Virus record (IMG/VR): IMGVR_UViG_3300030497_000009
Origin: a virus
Length of the DNA stretch: 28,521 bases
Strand: one strand, 5' to 3'
The notes under the pieces are model-generated. The model was not told where the DNA came from. It was given only the letters and a program-made list of their open reading frames with translations, and made no database searches. Each line of letters starts with the position of its first letter. The first letter of the stretch is position 1. A program made the position numbers and the translations under genes. Positions 26,201-28,521 of this stretch are shown here, in pieces.

Positions 26201-26600
26201 TAACCGTTTAACGCTACGCGCTACGTTCACAGCTGACTCTAATATGTCTCCTATCCTTGCTACTGACACATTCAACTTAGTTGGGTTCTTAACTGCGACT
26301 AGTGGAACTTACGTAAGTAGACAAGTAGACGTAACACGTGGTTATACTACTGTTCGTCAAGTAGTTGAGTGCCACATTCCGAGCGGATGCTCAGTAGTTC
26401 CGAAGTTCACGACGGATGGAACAAACTGGATTACTGGTACGGTAACTAGCACGCAAGCTGTCGATACAGAGTACACACGTTACACTTACGAGTACACGCT
26501 TGGCGGTTCTGCTACGAAGTTTAGAGCGCGTGTAGATTTACAGGCTCCTAACCAACTAGCTAGACCAAGAGCACGTAAGCTAATGAACATTATGAAATAA
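23268..26600 (+). CDS. Large baseplate/adsorption-associated tail protein (DUF4815-like)
   Basis: 1110 aa; NPYYDDYD...PGR..QAREF..IQ, DPTLRDPA, LARRTNDESGNY, GKAYVLGYEV, DPLAQSF and WTAHQ..DMKF motifs. Confidence 0.88.
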   Translation: MSYQDINKNPYYDDYDALKGYRQILAVPGRVEQAREFTQIQTMFLDFLKRLGDTVLKNGSIVEGCGLTIQGTDAKIGRGKIYYDGIVYNVGEQTVKISGVGREVISARVNEKVITEVEDPTLRDPAQGYDNYNQAGSHRLQTSIEFVVNDDTATPVYVLEDGGLLIQEEKPQLDIVSDLLARRTNDESGNYRVSGLDIYVEPFDANNVRLTVEAGKAYVLGYEVVKPNPAKIILPKAMDTRAVLNEPKVYRTGTQTYKLNNAPVKQINQVVAQVQVTETITRGSVTGGVDYLPKSPVILISEVKQGATVYIQGTDYQLTNDGVDWSLSGIEPSIGSSYTVTYRYNKVMTKTTDYVLTNVGADYFVDFTPAGDNPVADSTITVDYDFYLARKDLVSLGRDGSITVTNGQSDIPRMISSPSVSNPDILHLGTVYLPPNSSDAAANSYAVTRLSMEDLQNVVRRLEDMEYNNALDDLDKEAMAGEAPTNLKGIFSDGFIGFSKSDLGHPLYSAALSLETGEVVLPSNSIKSNTLVPNLTSSSAKVWGRLVTTPVTEKVSIEQTFATGTMLVNPYNVFNKMAMIALTPAVDNWVDYESITIEKEVTKTFRVHRWWRHGGDLWNETEKYLFENLVLDNGQRWEGFSDKTGTITTVGTSKTLLDEAILYMRQREVVVEASNLIPNSDNLECYFDGKKVDISGVMGTNNGTAAGTIKADASGVARGKFMIPAGVRCGTREVILKNLNNTAVSSYTANGRHRVVQDSVLRTRVTVTAYDPLAQSFMFDRDQVVSSVGLYFGSKDPSKNVTIQIRNMVNGYPGQVVYAEKTLLPSQVATSSKGTSETKVSFADPVVCRAGEQYAVVVVTDSDVYTMFVAELGKKDLNSGGVVTRQPYLAGTLFSSANALTWTAHQTQDMKFRVYTCEFASQGVLEFNEITSLDADRILLMADYLTLQNTGCTWEFKLNGSNWQPISNFEDKDVSAIANRLTLRATFTADSNMSPILATDTFNLVGFLTATSGTYVSRQVDVTRGYTTVRQVVECHIPSGCSVVPKFTTDGTNWITGTVTSTQAVDTEYTRYTYEYTLGGSATKFRARVDLQAPNQLARPRARKLMNIMK

Positions 26601-26609
26601 AACTACTAG

Positions 26610-26642
26610 AAAGGGGTGGGTGTTTTACGCCTGCTCCTTTTT
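26610..26642 (+). terminator. Rho-independent terminator (G-U-rich stem)
   Basis: AAAGGGGTGGGTGT-ttt-ACGCCTGCTCCTTT then TT; several G-U pairs. Confidence 0.65.
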
Positions 26643-26664
26643 CAACAAATAAGGAGGAATTACG

Positions 26665-26919
26665 ATGCCAGAAATGATTAAACACGAAAGCGGAGCGATT
26701 CTATTTTATTTAACTGAGGAAGAACAAAAGGTTGAAGATACTATCGAGAACAATAAGAAACTCGAAAAGGAAAATAAAGCCATGAAAGCACGTTTAGAAG
26801 CGTTAGAAGCTGCTGTAAGTAAATTAGTTCCGACAGAAGAAAAAGAAGCTGAGAACGAAGCTGAAGCGGTTGAAGAGGTCAAACAGAAACGTACACGACG
26901 TAAGAAAACTGAAGAATAA
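26665..26919 (+). CDS. Small coiled-coil protein (possible fibre chaperone) ending KRTRRKKTEE
   Basis: RBS AAGGAGG; SGAILF..T.EE N-terminus followed by heptad-like LEKENKAMKARLEALEAAV. Confidence 0.8.
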   Translation: MPEMIKHESGAILFYLTEEEQKVEDTIENNKKLEKENKAMKARLEALEAAVSKLVPTEEKEAENEAEAVEEVKQKRTRRKKTEE

Positions 26920-26933
26920 GGCGGTGGTTCATA

Positions 26934-27911
26934 ATGTCCATTCAGGATAAACGGATAAAATATGCCGATAATATGAAGCAAGTCGTAGACAAGATGAACG
27001 CCATCCTTGATGAAATTATTAGTACCATCGGAAATTACCCCTCTTTAAAAGAATACATCGAGGGGTTGACTGGTGGTATTAAAGGTACTATCACCACTAG
27101 CCCAGATGGAGTTCCTGTTGGGCATGGATTTGGTAACTTAGATTATCAAGTCATCTTGACAGCGAAAGATAGCGTGTCTGTCTGGTGGGATAATAAAAAC
27201 GAGGATACAGTCACTGTGTACGCTTCTGAAACGGCTGAAATTGATTTCGCTATACTTAGCACCACCGACGCGTTAAAACTCGTTAGAGATAACGCTGAGA
27301 CGGTTCAGGAGGTAGTTGAAGCGCGTAAGGGCTATCCTAGCTTGAAACTCTATCTTGACTATCTAGAATCGAAGACACCACGTGGGGTTGTAATCAAAAG
27401 ACACATCGCTAACTCTTACGCTGGACAAGTCGTGATGAGTCTCCCTGAGGGAGAAGCTTACGTTCCCGGAACTAACACCTTAACGGTTTATGTTGGTGGG
27501 GTAAAGCAACGAAGTAACCTTGACTTCAATGAAATTTCAGCTTCGCAAATACGGTTTAACAGTGCTATGGACGGTGTTTACTCTGTAGAGCTAATCTGGT
27601 ATGACTTCACTCCAGCTAACCTAGAAACGCATGCTGTACAGCATATGCTAGGCGGTGGTGATGAAATCAATATTAGTGGTCTTCAGATTCTTCCTCAAAC
27701 GATACCTGATGAAGCGATGGTAGAGCGTTATGTGAAACACCTTGTATCTGCTGTTGCCCCAACGACAGGCACGTGGAAGCTTGGCGATATCATTTATCAT
27801 AGTAACCCACAACCAGGAGGTTTCATCGGCTGGATTTGTACAAAAGGTGGAGCATTCGGAACGTGGGATTCAGAGCCTGTATTTAAACCATACGGATTAA
27901 TCAGTAAATAA
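26934..27911 (+). CDS. Modular tail fibre / receptor-binding-associated protein
   Basis: Two YPSLK.Y helical repeats, a beta-sandwich module (YVGGVKQR...DF.E), an HxxxHxxGGxD motif and C-terminal APTTGTW..GDI.Y...P..GG..GW.C. Confidence 0.7.
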   Translation: MSIQDKRIKYADNMKQVVDKMNAILDEIISTIGNYPSLKEYIEGLTGGIKGTITTSPDGVPVGHGFGNLDYQVILTAKDSVSVWWDNKNEDTVTVYASETAEIDFAILSTTDALKLVRDNAETVQEVVEARKGYPSLKLYLDYLESKTPRGVVIKRHIANSYAGQVVMSLPEGEAYVPGTNTLTVYVGGVKQRSNLDFNEISASQIRFNSAMDGVYSVELIWYDFTPANLETHAVQHMLGGGDEINISGLQILPQTIPDEAMVERYVKHLVSAVAPTTGTWKLGDIIYHSNPQPGGFIGWICTKGGAFGTWDSEPVFKPYGLISK

Positions 27912-27924
27912 GGGAGTGACATAA

Positions 27925-28521
27925 ATGCAGAAAATTAATCGTGACTTGGTAGACTTCTCTAGTCAGGTTAACGTATGGCGTGAACAGACGTTTGATGCTA
28001 CAGCAGGTCAAACGTCTTTCAAGCTTAGTACTAGCTATCCCGTTAACCGAAACATGATTGAAGTACACCTTAATGGTGATAAACAACGCCTAAACATAGA
28101 CTATGCCGAGTTTGACGAGAACACAATTAAGTTCACTGAAGGGTTACGGTCTGGTGACGTCGTTAACTTACGTTGGCAAGTTCCGTTCTCTGAGATTCTT
28201 ATTAGCTACCCTGACATACGTATTGAGGAAGCCAAGAAAGTAGCGAACGTAATGAAGAGTCAAACGTTTGACGTTTCGGGTGGGCAAACTGAGTTTAGTT
28301 TACCAACTCCTTACGAGCCGGGAACGCACAGCATTAAGGTTTTTGTTAACGGCACTAAACAGCGTACAGGACTAGACTTCACTGAGACGGATAACGAAAC
28401 TATCACGATGGCAGAGCCGTTAAAAGGAACAGACCGTGTTGAAATCGAGTGGCTAGCTCCTAGTGGTCAGTTCTTACTAGGCAAAGTGGACATCGCTGAT
28501 GCTGCTGACGAGAGCGTCCCA
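27925..28521 (+). CDS. Tail fibre-like protein, N-terminal 199 aa (3'-truncated; absent from ORF track)
   Basis: RBS AAGGGAG, ATG 27925, open to the window end: MQKINRDLVDFSSQVNVWREQTFDATAGQTSFKL...; contains two 64-aa repeats. Confidence 0.8.
   Translation, partial: MQKINRDLVDFSSQVNVWREQTFDATAGQTSFKLSTSYPVNRNMIEVHLNGDKQRLNIDYAEFDENTIKFTEGLRSGDVVNLRWQVPFSEILISYPDIRIEEAKKVANVMKSQTFDVSGGQTEFSLPTPYEPGTHSIKVFVNGTKQRTGLDFTETDNETITMAEPLKGTDRVEIEWLAPSGQFLLGKVDIADAADESVP

Noticed and set aside
1260-28086. All minus-strand ORFs and short nested plus-strand ORFs (e.g. 13751..14209, 13813..14202, 10693..11046, 20838..21260)
   Set aside because: They lie inside well-supported + strand genes, and many are F/S/L-rich mirror images of K/E-rich coding sequence. 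No recognisable motifs.
1-28521. CRISPR arrays, tRNAs, inteins, further introns, diversity-generating retroelement
   Set aside because: None seen by eye: intergenic gaps are short, and sheath, tube and baseplate proteins have normal lengths without splicing motifs. A covariance/HMM scan would be needed to exclude them formally.

Overview
The window is the virion morphogenesis module of a large contractile-tailed phage of the SPO1/Twort-like (Herelleviridae-type) organisation, probably infecting a Bacillus-like Firmicute (strong GGAGG RBSs; a ribosomal-protein-L27-like leader on the tail tube). All real genes are on the + strand: portal C-terminus, prohead protease, scaffold, major capsid protein (MCP), head-tail joining genes, tail sheath, tail tube, tail assembly chaperones, tape measure with a lysozyme-like domain, NlpC/P60 tail lysin, spike, baseplate and the first tail fibre genes. 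Features the ORF track hides: (1) the MCP gene is split by a 321-nt ORF-less group I intron (3264-3584) and is followed directly by a free-standing HNH endonuclease; (2) the tail tube has an N-terminal extension ending LKLDLQFF/A, the motif cleaved by the host ribosomal-protein protease Prp; (3) a GIY-YIG endonuclease whose RBS and start codon lie inside a terminator-like hairpin; (4) a likely +1 frameshift at TCC TTT CGA in the chaperone genes; (5) a 30-aa segment shared by the protease and the MCP N-terminus; (6) a C-terminal KRxRRKKTEE tag shared by two small proteins 22 kb apart. Family assignments come from recalled motifs and gene order; no database searches were run.
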